NCBI GenBank assembly: GCA_951406725.2
Contig: OX597816.1
Location: 120,156,001-120,220,000 of the forward strand
Length of the DNA stretch: 64,000 nucleotides
Reading direction: 5' to 3'
Source of the DNA: Octopus vulgaris
Taxonomy: Eukaryota
In this document: one piece after another, positions 13,880-27,800 of the stretch
How the letters are laid out: every line of letters begins with the position of its first letter
How positions within the stretch are numbered: position 1 is the stretch's first letter
Position numbers and translations under genes: made by a program
Notes under the pieces: model-generated
What the model saw: only the letters and a program-made list of their open reading frames with translations
What the model was told of the DNA's origin: nothing
The model's database searches: none

Positions 13880-16285
13880 GCTGTCCTGGCCTGCTCTCGG
13901 CTCAGAAGACATCACACATTTGATGTTCTCGTCCAGGCCATGGTGGACATCCATTACAAGTTCCATTTGCAAGACAAGGTGACCAGGACTACGACGGACA
14001 ACGGCAAAATCTTTGTTAAGGCATTATTTATGTTGTGTTATAAACCCAAACTCGAATATCAAAGTTTAAAAGGTTTTAATCGACTAAAAATACAGCTAAA
14101 TTGTAAGCAAAACCAAACTTCAACGCAATGACAGTTTTATGTAGCGAGTTGCTACAACCTAGACTAACTAAAACCAACACTGAACAAGTCGTGCCGCAAA
14201 CAGAACAGAACTCCGCGCAGTCGCACTGCAGGCATATAACAGCAATCAAGACAATCAAAATCACGTGATCAAAACTAAAATCACAACATTTTTCACTCCT
14301 AAAGAAAAAGAACAATTAACCAATACAATGCAAAATACAAACATAACCACGAGCCAATCACAACAACGTAATAATGAGGCTTTTCATAAGCGTAACACAT
14401 CATCAATTATAAATTTAACCTATCAGGAACTTTTTTGTTCTGGATGAACGCCAGTGCAAAGTAGTTTGAGGTTCTGGTTCTTGAGGTGGTGTAGGTGGAA
14501 CAGAATCGATCATGGTATCTGAAAAAACCACTACGGTGTTTAGGCACTTGAGTAGGATCAGTGTCAGCAACATCAGTTTGATCCTTACTTAGTTGTTTTG
14601 CCAGTAGGAGCTAAATCTCTAATGGACACAGTACTTTCACGTCCATCGGGGTACTGCAGCCACCCGTGGTTAGGGTTAATTTGTACCAATTGGGGTTCAT
14701 CTACTAACGGATCATATTTATTGCGTACATGTCGTTTAACAAACACTTTGTCAGGTTCTTGCATTAACCAAGTAGGAACGGAAACACCACACATACAACG
14801 TCTAGGAAATTTAAAGAATCTCCCATGCGGGATCTCATTAGTTGCCGTGCATAATAATGAACGTTGCGAATGTAAAACTTCTGGAAGCACGACTTCAGAA
14901 CTCCGCGCAGTCGCACTGCAGGTATATAAATAGCAATCGAGATAATCAAAATCACGTGATAAAAACTAAAATCACATGTTTGGTACAGAAGTTGAACTCT
15001 TGCTAGACATTTCTGAGGCTCTTGACAGCGCTTCGTTCAAGTCGGCCTAGAAGAAGGCCATGTCTAAGGCGCAGCGGCTGTGGAATCTGCAGAGCCGCAG
15101 CACGGTAGCAGCAGACATCATTCTGGATGTGTTGAAGAGGAGGCTGGTGGTTCCCAAAAGTACCAGATGGAACTCTGCTTATGACTCTGTTGTTATCCTC
15201 AACAACCTGCTGGAGGAGAATAGGGGAGCTGTCCACAGGCGATGACACAGCTGAAGCAGATCTTTACTGATTCTGATGTCAGCTTACTGACGGAGTACTC
15301 ACAGGTGATGCCTAATGTTGCCATGGCATTGGATAAAATCCAAGGGGTGGACCAGGATAATTTCGGGAGCCTTCAGCCAACTGTAGCGGCTACCATTATG
15401 AAGTTGAAGGAGGCCAAGTTCAAACATCTCCTGTACTGCTGTCCTATGATAGATGCGATACTAGCAGGAATCACGAAAAGGTTTGGGCTCCTCCTAGAAG
15501 GCCTGGAGTGCCAACTAGCCGCTACCTTCTACTACAAGTTTCGCTTGTTCTGGCTAGAGCAGTATAATAACAGCCAGGTTAGCAGAGTAACGAACGCCAC
15601 GGAGACCGTCGTAGCGACAGCCCTAATGGAGACCAATGAAGAGGGCAACAGCACCACCAGCAATGAATATGAGGAAGATGATTTCTTCAGAAACATTACT
15701 CGGCTCCAGGAGAACTTGAGTCACAAGGTCACTGAAATCCAAGGCGCAAAAGTTGGTGAAGATCTGGTTGGAGGCCATCTCGAAGAGGTCCTGACTGAAG
15801 TTGCGTTTTTGAGTGAGCAGGTCTTGATGGACCTGTTTACCAAGTATGATACCGCCCTCCAATCCAGTGCTGCAGTCGAGCACCTATTCTCTATAGGCAA
15901 AGATATTTTGAGGGCCTGTCAGATGGAAATTTTGAAGGGCAACCAACATCATGTCGTGGTGATGGAGAAGGCTCAGCCAGAGTAGTACACCTTGATCATC
16001 ATCCGATCTTGGCATGATACACCTTTTTGATTCGTTTAATACTTTTTGTACCGTAAATAAAGTGTATGTTGACTGAAAACCAATATTTAATTTCATTTGT
16101 TCATTTAATTATTTGCGTACACCTTGATCATCGTCTGATTTTGGCACCTTTCTGGAAAGCTCTATGTCTAAGCTACAACATGAAAATTTCAGCTCTCTAA
16201 GTCTGTTTTTAGGGGTTTTAAAGCAAACCGAGACTAAATTCATGATAAAAGATATTGGCTATCATTTAGCGTTAGCTTCCGCTAT
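12747..16285 (+). mobile_element. hAT (Ac-like) DNA transposon, decayed, right end missing, interrupted by an LTR element
   Basis: Left end CAATGGTGGG with GCTAA/TTAGC subterminal repeats; transposase motifs HTFDVL..KVTRTTTDNG (13900-14030), TRWNS (about 15165) and dimerisation motif SSAAVEHLFS (15242-15985 ORF). Confidence 0.85.
14031..14976 (-). mobile_element. Internally deleted Ty3/Gypsy LTR retrotransposon: intact 3' LTR 14031-14288, approx. 80 bp of 5' LTR 14896-14976, integrase C-terminus
   Basis: 258-bp LTR bounded TGTTGTG...CACAACA, preceded by purine tract TTAGGAGTGAAAAA; integrase tail LHSQRSLLCTATNEIPH...KYDPLVDE...DGRESTVSIRDLAP and RSSRTKKVPDRLNL*. Confidence 0.88.
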
Positions 16286-16949
16286 TTGACTTGCTAGAAA
16301 CAGCAACCAAAAACAAAAAAAAAAAAGAAGAAAAAAAAGAGAAAAACGGATGACATTGAACAATGTAGTCCATAATATACAATCTGTCTTTACAGTGACG
16401 TAGTGTAGAATGTACTGACCGCGCAGGCTACGTTGTGTCGTCACATGCTACCGTTAATAAAAGACTTCACTCATACTATAATGAGCAACTCGGCTATTCA
16501 GTGGTAAACTGGTTCTTATTTTATCACCCCGAAAGGATGAAAAATAAAGTCGACCGCGGCGAAATTTGAACTCAGAACGATTTAGTCAGATGAAATGCCG
16601 CAAAGCATTTTGTTCACCGTGCTTAACGATTTTGCCAGCCTGGTGGCTTGCCATTTTTGCACAAGGCCAGTAATTTTAAAGGATCGATACTTCGTTTTAT
16701 CGACTCCGAAAGAATGAAAAGCAAAGTTGACATCGGCGGGATGTGAACTTAGAACGTAGAGATCCAGAAGAAATGCCACTAAGCATTTTGATCTTTCTAG
16801 CTTACCGCCCTACTACTAATAATAATCACATTTTTTCTTTATTGGCCACAAGATCCGCAAAAACCATATCTAGAAGATTACAAAGACAAAGGATAACGAG
16901 GATTTAAATAAGGACGCGTAAAAAAAATTAAAACAAACAAACTTATAAG

Positions 16950-19860
16950 AATAAAATTTCCCAATAGGGGTAAACGCCACTCTGGTACGGCTAAGGAACC
17001 TCACAAATCCCGAGTAACTCTACTACCTTTACTTTCCTTTCCAAGTGGAACTTAAAAAATAAAAAACGATGAAAGCTAAACTGCAGTCCTTTCAGTTGCG
17101 TTCACCTCACAACCTCGCCATATCCATCAGTCAGAGGTAAAATAACTGCTTTTCAAAACCTCGAGCTTCTGTAGAACTAGCTGCCAGGATCTTTACCCAA
17201 CCTTTCTATGATGTATCGTGCAAGGTGGAAGTTGTCGTGGGTAGTTCTGTTTGGCATGGTGCATGCATCTTTTGATATGGAGCATGCGCCTTACGCTAAC
17301 ACCGTGGCCAAAATCTTCAATTCTGTATTTAACAGAGTTAGGGACCTGAAGTTCTGTTAACCATCCTCCTCGTTCGGGTTCTTTCTCAACTGCACCACAC
17401 TTATTTTCATAGGACTGGTATTCTCGGTTTCTGCTGCCAGTTGCAATAGACATCTGCCAAGAGGCTCCAGAGCAAGTCTAGCATATGAAGACGAAGCTCG
17501 TAGAGTTGACCATCCTGCTTCAACGACTTCCTCTTTTATCCAGCCATTATTTTCCGTATTTCGTCAGATGTTATCGGCCTTTCACAGAACGTCTCATCCC
17601 TATTCAAGAGCTACAACAGACAGTTGAGGTTAGCTACATCCCTGGTTCACCGCCCGCCCCAAACAGTTGAATGAAGTGCCATTAAAAAGCTGCACATATC
17701 TGCTTGGAATTGAGTTGTACACGCCATTCCCGATCTGTTAAAGACCGAGTTGGGGCTTTACTGTCACGCTATGCCTCTGTCACTTGGGACCATCGAACGA
17801 CTTTCGTTCCATGCCTTAGAGCCCTATCTCTGACAACGCAACATCCATGCTTAGCTTTGAAGAATCGTTAGAGGTCAATCTCGCTGCCAACACGTCAGTC
17901 ACAGTGCCTTTCCTAAGTGTTTCTTCTAAGTTACTAACTAGGCCTCTTTCTGAAATTTCTATCATTATTTTCTTTCTCACACTCGTCTCCTATCAGCTAT
18001 TCACACACAATTAAGAAGTTCATCCAAATTGGCGTTTCAGTTGCCCACTAACACTAAAGAGCGGAGTATTTCCAGGAAAAAGTCCAGTTGCCTGAAGAAA
18101 TTCGGCTGCTCCATATCAGCCGGGTCTAGAAAGACCGACTGTCTCAAAGTCCAGGCTGTTCCGAAACAGCACTACCTCCTGCCCCACTATTCCGGGTTGA
18201 ATAAGTGATGTAAAGATCTCGAAATCGGCAAAAATTTGTGCTAAGGGCGTATGTCTAGAATCCTCGCCGTTAGCTATCATATCCAAATCTAGCAACCTAA
18301 AGTCATTGAGCAGGCGACTAGGCTTCCATGTTAACTTCAGGCCACGTGCATTTATATACTCCACTCTCAGAGCTGCCATGCTCGTAAAAAAAGAGGAAGG
18401 CGAAAAGGAAACGGGTTACTTACCCATTTGGTAGTCCTGTGGATCGAGTGACTTGGTTTACATGAAATTATGGGCTTCCTTCAGAAGCCTACTGCTGCCC
18501 TTGCGCTGAAGCATCCGACATTAATTGGGGAAATTATCCCTCATTATATATATCTCACAAATTTGTAGCACTTTGAAAGTGGTAAGCCTGAAGACCTTCT
18601 CTCTGTTTCAATGTTTTCTTTTAATGCAATAAGCGACATCAATTTTTCGTATTTGTACTCCTTGTCAGCATAAAGTTTGGACTGGGTGTGTTTTGTTAAT
18701 GTTGTACTTGTGTGTCTGTCTGATGGTGTAACTCCTTGGTTTTTGTTTTTTTTTGAGACGTGTGTTGGTGATGTTGGTGATTTTTGTGGTGGAGTTGTTG
18801 TTGCCTATGTTTGGTATGGGTGTCATTTCAGGGATACTGTCGTGATTTTAAAGAAAAAAGCTACCGGAGAACATGTATAATTTAAAAAAAGTTTTTGTTG
18901 TATTTATATTATATTGAAATTTTTTGTTGTTTTTCCTTTTTATGAGATGAGATATCTATACCAGAAATATCTGATGCTGGTTGGGGTAGAGGTGGAGGTA
19001 TATATTTCATGCGTGCTCATATGTGTATGTGTTTGAAAGGGGAAGGGGATGGAATATAAAGAAGGTGTTAAGTTGGAGATTTTTCTGGGTGCCAGGTTTT
19101 GCTTGTGTATTGTGGGTATCATTATTGCTGCTTTCCTGTCATTTGTAATGTTGGCACTGGTGTTATTGTTCTTGTAGCTGCAGTTGCGGTTATTTGTGTT
19201 ACTGTTGTTGGTGCTGACCTTCTTCTCTTCACTACTGCTATTGGGGCTGTGGTACCGGCAGTAGTGGAAGTGGGGTGTCTCCTCTATCATATTTTTTTGT
19301 AGAGGAAAGAAAGTTCCGAAGTGGCCTTCCGCACAACACAAATGGCATCTTGACCTTCTTCCCCTACCCTTAAACATGCAGCTAGACTTCATTGGAAAAG
19401 CGTATAAGGTCTGGGATCTTCTCTACATCCTCCAATTTGATTTGGAGGAGGATCTACACTATGGTCTCAAGGCAAAACTCCGTCTCCGTTCGTTTTACGT
19501 CAAAGAGGATGTCACCTCCCTTCAAAGCAGCACAGCCTAACTTCCACCAGGTGGAAACTCCCTCCATCTCTCTCTTTCTCATATATATATATATATATAT
19601 ATATCGAAAAGTTCTCCCTAAATTTGATGGCTATAGGGTGAATTTCCTGTCGTATATAGGAACTATGGAGTACTTCGGTGCGAGGGCTTTGCTCTCGAAG
19701 ACAGCCTCCATACTCCCGAACTGCTGTGCCCTGGTCACATGATCTATATCCACCCATATATCTTTCAGAGCTCTTTCCACCTGGATGTGTGCTGCCGCTT
19801 CTAGGCATCGGGTTTTAGCCGGTAGACAGAGATACAACACTGTTGAATCGGCTGTCATTT
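16950..19860 (-). mobile_element. L1/Tx1-like LINE, decayed and internally deleted
   Basis: ORF1 zinc-knuckle remnant RCHLCCAEGH (about 19340), then APE endonuclease start MAALRVEYINARGL...DLDMIA (18379). Confidence 0.65.
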
Positions 19861-20350
19861 AAGGAGAGTGAGAAGTACTGTGCTGATTTCACTGCCTTTG
19901 GAGTTCCCCACCACTTAATTTTTTATTATCATTCCACTTTCTCGTTAAAAACGTTGTCCTTATTGTTGTCGCTATCATTGCTGTTGTTATTGTCGTTATT
20001 CTCGTACAAATTTTCTCTCATAGAGTCGGTAATAGTATGAAAATTTCGATCCTTTCTACTATAGGCGCAAGGCCTATAGCAGAAAGGATTAGTGTTAACG
20101 ATTCTGCCAGTTCACTGCCTTCAATGGTTTTAAATTTTGGCTCAAGGCCAGTGAGTTCGGAGGAGGGGGTAAGTCGATTGTATCAATTCCAGTGTTCAAC
20201 TGGTACTTATTTCATCGACACCGAAAGGATGAAAGGTAAAGTTGACCTCAGCGGAATTTGAACTGAGAACGTAAAGACGAACGGAATACTGCTAAACATT
20301 TCGTTCGGTATGCTAACGATTCTGCCAGCTCGTCGCCTCAAATAACAACA

Positions 20351-20382
<32 letters not shown>

Positions 20383-20399
20383 GGAACGGGCTCTATTAT

Positions 20400-21330
20400 T
20401 TACTAAATTCACCTTGTTTGTATTCTCTATATTCTCCGTCAAAAACTTCCTGGAGGAAGGAGTTCTGCTCATAGTTTTCGTAGGCTCTCTGAATCCAGCG
20501 AGATCGATGCAGTTGGTTCCTCTTGACGAAAGGAAAACGACTGGGCCTAGTGGTTAGTGTGAACCTGGGTGTGGAAGTAGATACACCGTTAGTGACGAGA
20601 AGAGTAGAGACAAGTGGGTCGCAAATATCTGAATGATGGTGTCACGAGATCAACTATTTCCGATAAGTAGAGGCGATTATAAATTGCGGCAGAAAGAGGA
20701 AAAACAAAAGACAGCGTATCTGTACGCCGGTGATCTGAATACCTTTGTAAGTGACTACATCTGTCAGGCAGCCCTTTTAGAGATGTGGTTTAGGATCCCT
20801 GCATGCGTAGTGCAGCATCACAGTAGAGAATGTGGGAGCAAATCCATTATTGTTAGTTTCAACATTTTGTAAAGATTTAGCAGTTACTGGAAACCGAAAC
20901 AATTTCTGAAACAGTAGACAAGATCCAGTCTTTGTAACGCGATCTTTGCTATTCTGAGGTTGTGGTTTTGGTAGAAGAGAACAATGAGCCAGCATTGAGA
21001 GCTCGAGTTGCGTGCTGTTTATATTTAGAGAGGAAGACGCGATTGTGTTTCCATGATATGTGTAGTGACTACGCCTATGTGCTGTTAAATGAAGTAAGAT
21101 TGGTCCGAAACCACTGGATAATGTTTTCGAGATCTTTGGAAATGGAATCGGCGCAGATTTGGCATCAGGTGTTGAATTTGCTTCATGTGGATGAAACTTG
21201 CGTGTAGAGGATTAGAGAAGAATGAGAATTGGTATCACTTGCGTAGGAGTGTGTGTTAGCGGTGATAGCAAATTGGTGGTTGATGAATAGGATGAAGAGT
21301 GTGGGAGACAAATCCGAGCCTTCAGTCACA
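20400..21330 (-). mobile_element. Possible highly decayed Penelope-like element (RT C-terminus/GIY-YIG linker)
   Basis: Fragments ...LFQKLFRFPVTAKSLQNV... and ACRDPKPHL*KGCLTDVVTYKG resemble the CxC..CPLxGxCL..VVYK linker; weak. Confidence 0.3.
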
Positions 21331-21680
21331 CCAGACTTGTATAGAGTGTGTCATACAGAGTAGACGTTGTGATGCTGCCACCTGCACTGTATTTCACATT
21401 TAAAGAAAAAACGAAAAAGATAAAGAAAGAAAAATCTTGCTCTGTGATAGTGCAATGTTTTCAGACCCGCCAAAACATGAATTATTCTATGTGCTCTACA
21501 GTATATTACTGGCTAACTTCCTGTATTGATCACTGAGCGAACTGGTCACTGCAGCTCAACTAAAAATTATTAGTTTCAAAAGAAGCTTTGATGAATAATA
21601 GAAAACAAACAATTATTTCTCTGTTTGATCCTTATGACAACATGAATAAGTAACGGTAATGTTTTCAGTTGAAGTCGAGG

Positions 21681-21872
21681 GTCACCAATTGTAATCGATG
21701 GTGCAACGTTGGGATCACCATTTTGTAACGGTTAGTTCTTCGTCGCAGTCAAGGTTTACCAATTGTAATCGATGCCTGTTACAGTGCAACGTCGGAATTA
21801 CCAATTGTAACAGTTGGACAATAATTGATAAACACTAGGATGGAACTTCGGAGTCGTCACCAATTGTAACGG
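21681..21872. repeat. Array of five ACCAATTGTAA motifs with variable spacers
   Basis: Motifs at 21684, 21717 (ACCATTTTGTAA), 21758, 21800, 21859. Confidence 0.85.
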
Positions 21873-24800
21873 CAAAGATTTATTGCAACGGCATGTTGTA
21901 AGGTGTGAAAGATGAACAGTGATTAAAGTTTAAGAAAATATTTATTTACGACGGGTTGGTATGTATAACTAGTAAATGGAAAAGCATACGAGGTAAAAAG
22001 AGTTAATTTCGGCAGGTATGCGTGTACACGATCTCATAGTAGTATATATAGAGAGATATAATATTACAGAGAAAAGAAAGTGAGAGTCGAGGGAAGTTGT
22101 CTCTCATAGTCGCTGATTGTAACTTTCTTTTTCCCTCTGCCCGTTTGGTGTGTAGTGGCTGCCTGCTTGTGGCCATGATTCTAGTTGTCCGTTCACACTC
22201 ACTGATGATCGCTCTCACTGACTTTGCCTTACGGAGTTCTTGTTTTTATAACTATCCAAAAGGATAGACATATTGTTAAACACAATGGATTTCGTTGGAG
22301 GTCTGTTATCTCCATTCCAGCCCTGGTGGCCTAGAAGAGGTTAGAAGGGTCAAGTGGCGAAGACATTATTCCGGCTTAGCGGAGGCATCTGGTAAATGTA
22401 ACTGCTGTCACTAATAAAAAAAACTATTGTTTTATCATTAGAAAAGAGCTGTTGAACTGTTAAGTGAAATTTGGCGATTGAGGATCGAATCCACGCTATG
22501 CCTGCATGAAGCCATTACAAATATATTAATACATACAAAAGTAACTCTGTAACAAAATCGCATTAGCATATGTAAGGTCGGCATCCAAGTCATGCTACAA
22601 GAAAGAGTTACTTTTTTGTACAGATGGTACAAAAGCAAGCAGACAACGCTTTCATCAATGTTTTTGCTTGTAGGTGTATGATGTAATTATAAAGCAAGCT
22701 TCTAAAAAGCATTGTTCTTGAATACTTAACTTCATGATTGAAGTTGCAAGTTAGCAACAGAAGTCTTACACTATGCACAAGAGGAATTCTAAAAATTAAT
22801 AAACACATGAACTTGTTATAGTCAGTTTTCCCTTTTACCTCAACTTTAATCAGATAAACCTTCTTGAGATTATATTCTCTGCTACAAGCATATAAGACTG
22901 GTGTTTGAATTGGTTTCTTTAACTCGCTCCAAACAAATAATATGAATAATACAAAAGACAAGAAGCACCATTGTGAAGTGAGTGCCTAAATGAAATTCTT
23001 TATTTTCAAATACTCAAGTGTAATCTTCTTTAGCCAGGAGTTGGCTTGATTCAAGCAATCTCCACACTGCCACGAAGAGATAATATTACAAGTCTATCAT
23101 GATAAACTATTCAAACTATTTCCAGCCATGCTGTTGCCCACTGATGAAACCTTAGTGACACCTGACTCACAGCTTGTCTAGAGTGTTACGAACCTAAAAA
23201 CGTCAAATTTAATTGAAACAAACAACTGAAATCCAATGTTTTGATTACATCACGTGATAGTCAGAAACTAGAGCCAACAAACTTTAGAGCAAGATTGGGA
23301 AGATTAACTATCGTTGAAGTTATACATAACCTCATTAAATTCTCAATAGGTGTATCTGGTACCACCCAAAAGGGTCTTGAATCATAACTGAATTTGTATG
23401 TGTCGACAAATACAACACTAACTGGAGCAAGATGAAATTCAACTAATCAATTCTTCAGCATCCATGTCCATCTAAGGTGCTTCTATTTCTAGCAGCGTGT
23501 GTGTGTGTGCTTGGTTATCTTTTAACAGACAGCTTAGCTTTTAATGCATTATTGATACAAAGAGAGAGAAACTATGTAGTAATTAGAAAGTTTGCTACCC
23601 TCTTTGAATTCAAATGTTACGTTTTCCTTATGCAATTATTACAGTGCTTCTTTAGCGTGTGATCTACAAGGGAGATTACTGTAGGTTACTTTTTAGTTTA
23701 CTTCTCAATTTCTAAAAACCCGTAAGATATTGGCTAAAGATTTTTACAATGTGATCAGTGACGAGACGAAGACATTTACATTTTTACAAGAAACCAGCAC
23801 TAAATTCATATCATTTCTTAAGAAAACGAAAGGTGTTACTTTAGTGTGTGATCTACAATTTAAAGTAGCACCCATTACTCTATAGCAAAATCAAATCACA
23901 AGAATCTAAATAGAAATTTGCAAGAAGTCTGTGCGACGCTCTATCTTTGATGCAGCATAGTCCACTCCGGAAAAAAGAGAAAGGAAGAAAATGTCGACAG
24001 AGCATTGTGTATATTCATAGAAAATATATCCCAATTGCAGACAATATCATGAAGATCTCTACGTGCCAAAACCAGTCCGAAACTCAACACACACATCTTT
24101 AACATATTTGCCAGTTAGCATACCCAGATGACAATTTTAAAGATCCCCACTGTATTGCAAAAACACAATCATCGTCTTTCAGTAGAGGTTTATTAGGTGC
24201 AATTGCCTTAAAGGGAAGAAACTCATGATAAGTTTATAAAAAAAAATCAAAAAATCAACTGACATCTGGGTTGCACTCAAAATATGATCACAACATTATA
24301 GACGTGGTTTTCCTTTTAAAACATCATAGTAAATTGGGTTATAAAAAGTGTAAGAGCTCTATCCTTAAATAATATTCATCTCCTATATTTACTTTTTATC
24401 ACATCTGACTGGCACTAATACTGATTTTTATTTTTGTTGATCAAACCCCGGTCAGCCCCTATCGAGTAGACATAACCATACAGTTTATTTTTTAATTTCT
24501 ATACATGTATTGCTACACGAACGTCGAACTTGTATTTGTTTCCTTAATACTGCTACAGGGACCCGTACACCGACGACTGAAAGACGGTGGATACTTGCTT
24601 AAGATTAAAAAAAAAACAAAAAAACGCGGCAACGCAAGTTGAGCGATATTTTAGTTTCTCCATCCCTATATGACTAGATATGCAGAACCAAAATTTAACA
24701 ATGCTTGTTTTCAAATAAGCATTGTTATATATAAGGAAAATCGCACGCAAAAAAGTATTTTCTACTGAAGATATACATTGAATTTATATTTGAAATTAGA

Positions 24801-27800
24801 TCCTGGAAAAATATGCTTTTAATTGTTAAATTTAGCTCTCCACATGGGTTCATGAAAAGATGCAGAAAATGAGATGTCATTCGACTCGCGCTGTTACTAC
24901 ATTAAAAATTTTTTTTTCAAAAGTAATGCCTGCTGGGCTCGATTGCTCTGCATTGATAAGGAGCAAACACCCTGAAACTAGCCTGCAGATGCCTGACCAG
25001 CAAGGGGAAGCGGCTGACCTCCCTAGTCCGAAGGTTATAATGGACACAGATTCGTGAGTCACATGGCTAGCTAGAGGCGATGGCCTCTTGGAGCTAATCA
25101 ACGGCAGCATTCGTCCTATATTTCTGGACTGCCATATTAGCTTAGGGATAACTATTAATACATAACCTGTTCTTGTAGAAGTATATAATACAGAAACTAA
25201 ATTTCGTTGTTTGCATTTCCTTGTCGATTTTTCATTTCAAGTCTTATTTTTTTCTTTTGTTTTATTCTGACACTAAAATAAGACTTAACTTAGTAAATGA
25301 TTCAACTTGGAATATTGATTTGCCACTTCGTTCATTGAATTAAAGCCATACAAAGGCAAATCCATCGATCCCAGCATTTATTTCGGTTTGGGCTCCTCCC
25401 TCTAAAATTACTTTTTAGTTGAACGTACAGCACAGTTTCTGTCTACTAAATTTCAGTCGCGAAACAGAATATTGTGAAAAACATTTGTCCATGCTGTCGT
25501 GCAATAGAATTGAGGGAAAAACAAACGTAATAAGCCAACGTAATCTCGACCTGCTAAAAGCAGCGGTCAAACCTCGTTATATAAAAAAAAGAGACAGGTG
25601 ATAACGTAGATGAGTTAGATATGTAGCGGGAATACTCAGCAGTCACCCGATGTCACGATTCGCTAGAATATTACCCATGTGATTAACAAAATCTGGCTAA
25701 TCTCGAGGAATAACATTCTGCGACGGTTTCATCTTTCTGACAGCGGACAGCTGTTGACCCAGGCTGACAACAACCACAACGACTAGCAGCTAATTTTTTA
25801 ACAACTATTACAGCTACACCAAGAACAATAACGTTCAAACTCTCTCAACATTTTGTCGTTTACTGTAACGACAGTATTTGTGTTTTTTTTTTGTGTACGG
25901 AAAGTATAAAATTTTGTTAATCAGAAATCGCAACAGATTCAGAGTTCTTCGTACAGATACTTAAAAAAAGTGGAATAAAACTTGTAGAATACCTTTGATT
26001 ATAGGTCTTTTCTATCAACGTTAACCTTCGAACTAAACAACAATACAGTAAATTATAGTATCGAATTATAATTAATTTACAAAGGCAAAATCGTCAGAGC
26101 GTCGGAAAATGTTCTCTGCGATATTTCTTCAGGCTTTTCCCGCTCAGGGCTCAAATTCTGCCTTTCATCCCTCAAGTCAATGAAATAAAGAGCCCGTCTA
26201 GTTCAGAAGTGAAATGGTATCCACTAGCCCTGTTCCCTGAAAGTGTTTTTTCTTTCTTTTTTTTTCCACCTGAATGTTCGGTAGGGAAGCTGCGGTATGT
26301 TGGACAGCCTAAAGCACCACACGGTAGACGACATTTTGGTTTTGGCTATCGGGGCGAACACGAGAAGGATTTATTTTTGCATCCGACTTTCCAGTAAAAA
26401 GTTTTCTACCGTGTAACTTTGCAAAAATGGGAAAAATCGATTTTTCGCAATTTTCATGGGAATCAGAGGCACCAAGGCAGTGCCAAAATATTTGTCTGAA
26501 ATGTCGCAACATGACGGTCCTTTTTTACACCAAAATTATAAAAATCGGACGTTCATGTAAAAACGTTTCTCGCGTGAAACTTTTGCCTTTTTTTTCTCTC
26601 AAAAAATGGGGTGGGGCTCATTTAAGTTTTATCGATTTTTCTACTAGAAGTGGGTATCCCTAGGCAACTGTAATGCGGTAGTAATCTAACTGGGTAAATT
26701 TGCCATTTAATAAAAAAGATTTCACCAAAATCGGATGAAAAATGTGGAAACGCATAAAAAGCATACACACACACATTTTGAGTTTTATAGGTAATCACCC
26801 TACCAGGATACAACAAAATTTGTATCGAAACAAGATTTGACATCGAGACTCTTACAAATCAAATACGAAAGCGAATGTATTTGCATTTAACCTGAAAATC
26901 TTCAATTTCACTGATAAAAGTGATATGTATAGTGAAGAAGTTTGTGTAAATGAACTAAGTCAATATTTTTGGAAAATTATGCAAATGGAATCGCCCAATA
27001 ACTTTGATAAGTATAAAAATTTTTCTGTGTTCTTACTTGCAGAGAATTTACAACATACAACGAAAATGTGGCTCAGAACCTTAGTTCTTTTTCTTCAATA
27101 CAAAATATAGTTTCGTTATTCTTACAGCCTAATTGATAATTTCAGGGTCTCTTAAAGTTCTCTCTGCAGTTTTTTCCGTATTTCCGTTTTTTGAAATGAT
27201 GGGGGGAAGCTTTTTATGAAAAAAAAATTAATGAAAATTTATGATTGTTTTCACCCCACCCTATCCAGACCGAATATGGCCAACTGTTCTTGCACTACAC
27301 GAAAAGGTATTAAGAAGATCGTGGGATGTACTAGAAACAACAGCTAAATCTCCCTTAAATCATGCATCTTTTCTTCTGAAAATATTTTCAAAATTTTTTT
27401 CTTTTTTTTTTACCGAAAGACTTTCCCCATTATTTCCAAACTGGCCAAAACGGTCCGGATGGGTTTGGAAATATGAGGGGGAAATCATAAAGTTTCAAAA
27501 ATTTCCCCTATTTCGAAGGTCGTGGTAAAAAACAAAAAAATTGGAAAACTCCCCGTCAAAACAAGAGAAAATCCAACTTATGTAGGCGTCCTGATCCGAA
27601 ATTCTACCAAGGGTAGAGAACTCTTTGCTAGCATTCGTATTTGAATCCGCCTGCCGAAAATCCACATGAAAAACAGTTTAACTCTTAAGACTACTTTTCT
27701 ATTCTAGGCACAAGGCTCGAAATTTTCGATTAGATTGACTCCAGTACGCAACTGGTACTTAATTTATCGACCCCGAAAGGATGAAAAGCAACGTCGACCT

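Noticed and set aside
15242-15985. 247-aa ORF as a domesticated ZBED-like host gene
   Set aside because: Flanked by frameshifted transposase pieces, disrupted upstream by an LTR insertion, no splice support.
21681-21872. CRISPR array
   Set aside because: Repeat only 11 bp, spacers irregular and partly duplicated, eukaryotic context, no cas genes.
26300-27690. Specific DNA transposon calls (CACGGTAGA/TCTACCGTG inverted 9-mer; Helitron- or Kolobok-like ends)
   Set aside because: Looks like non-autonomous transposon debris, but no matching termini or TSD could be established.
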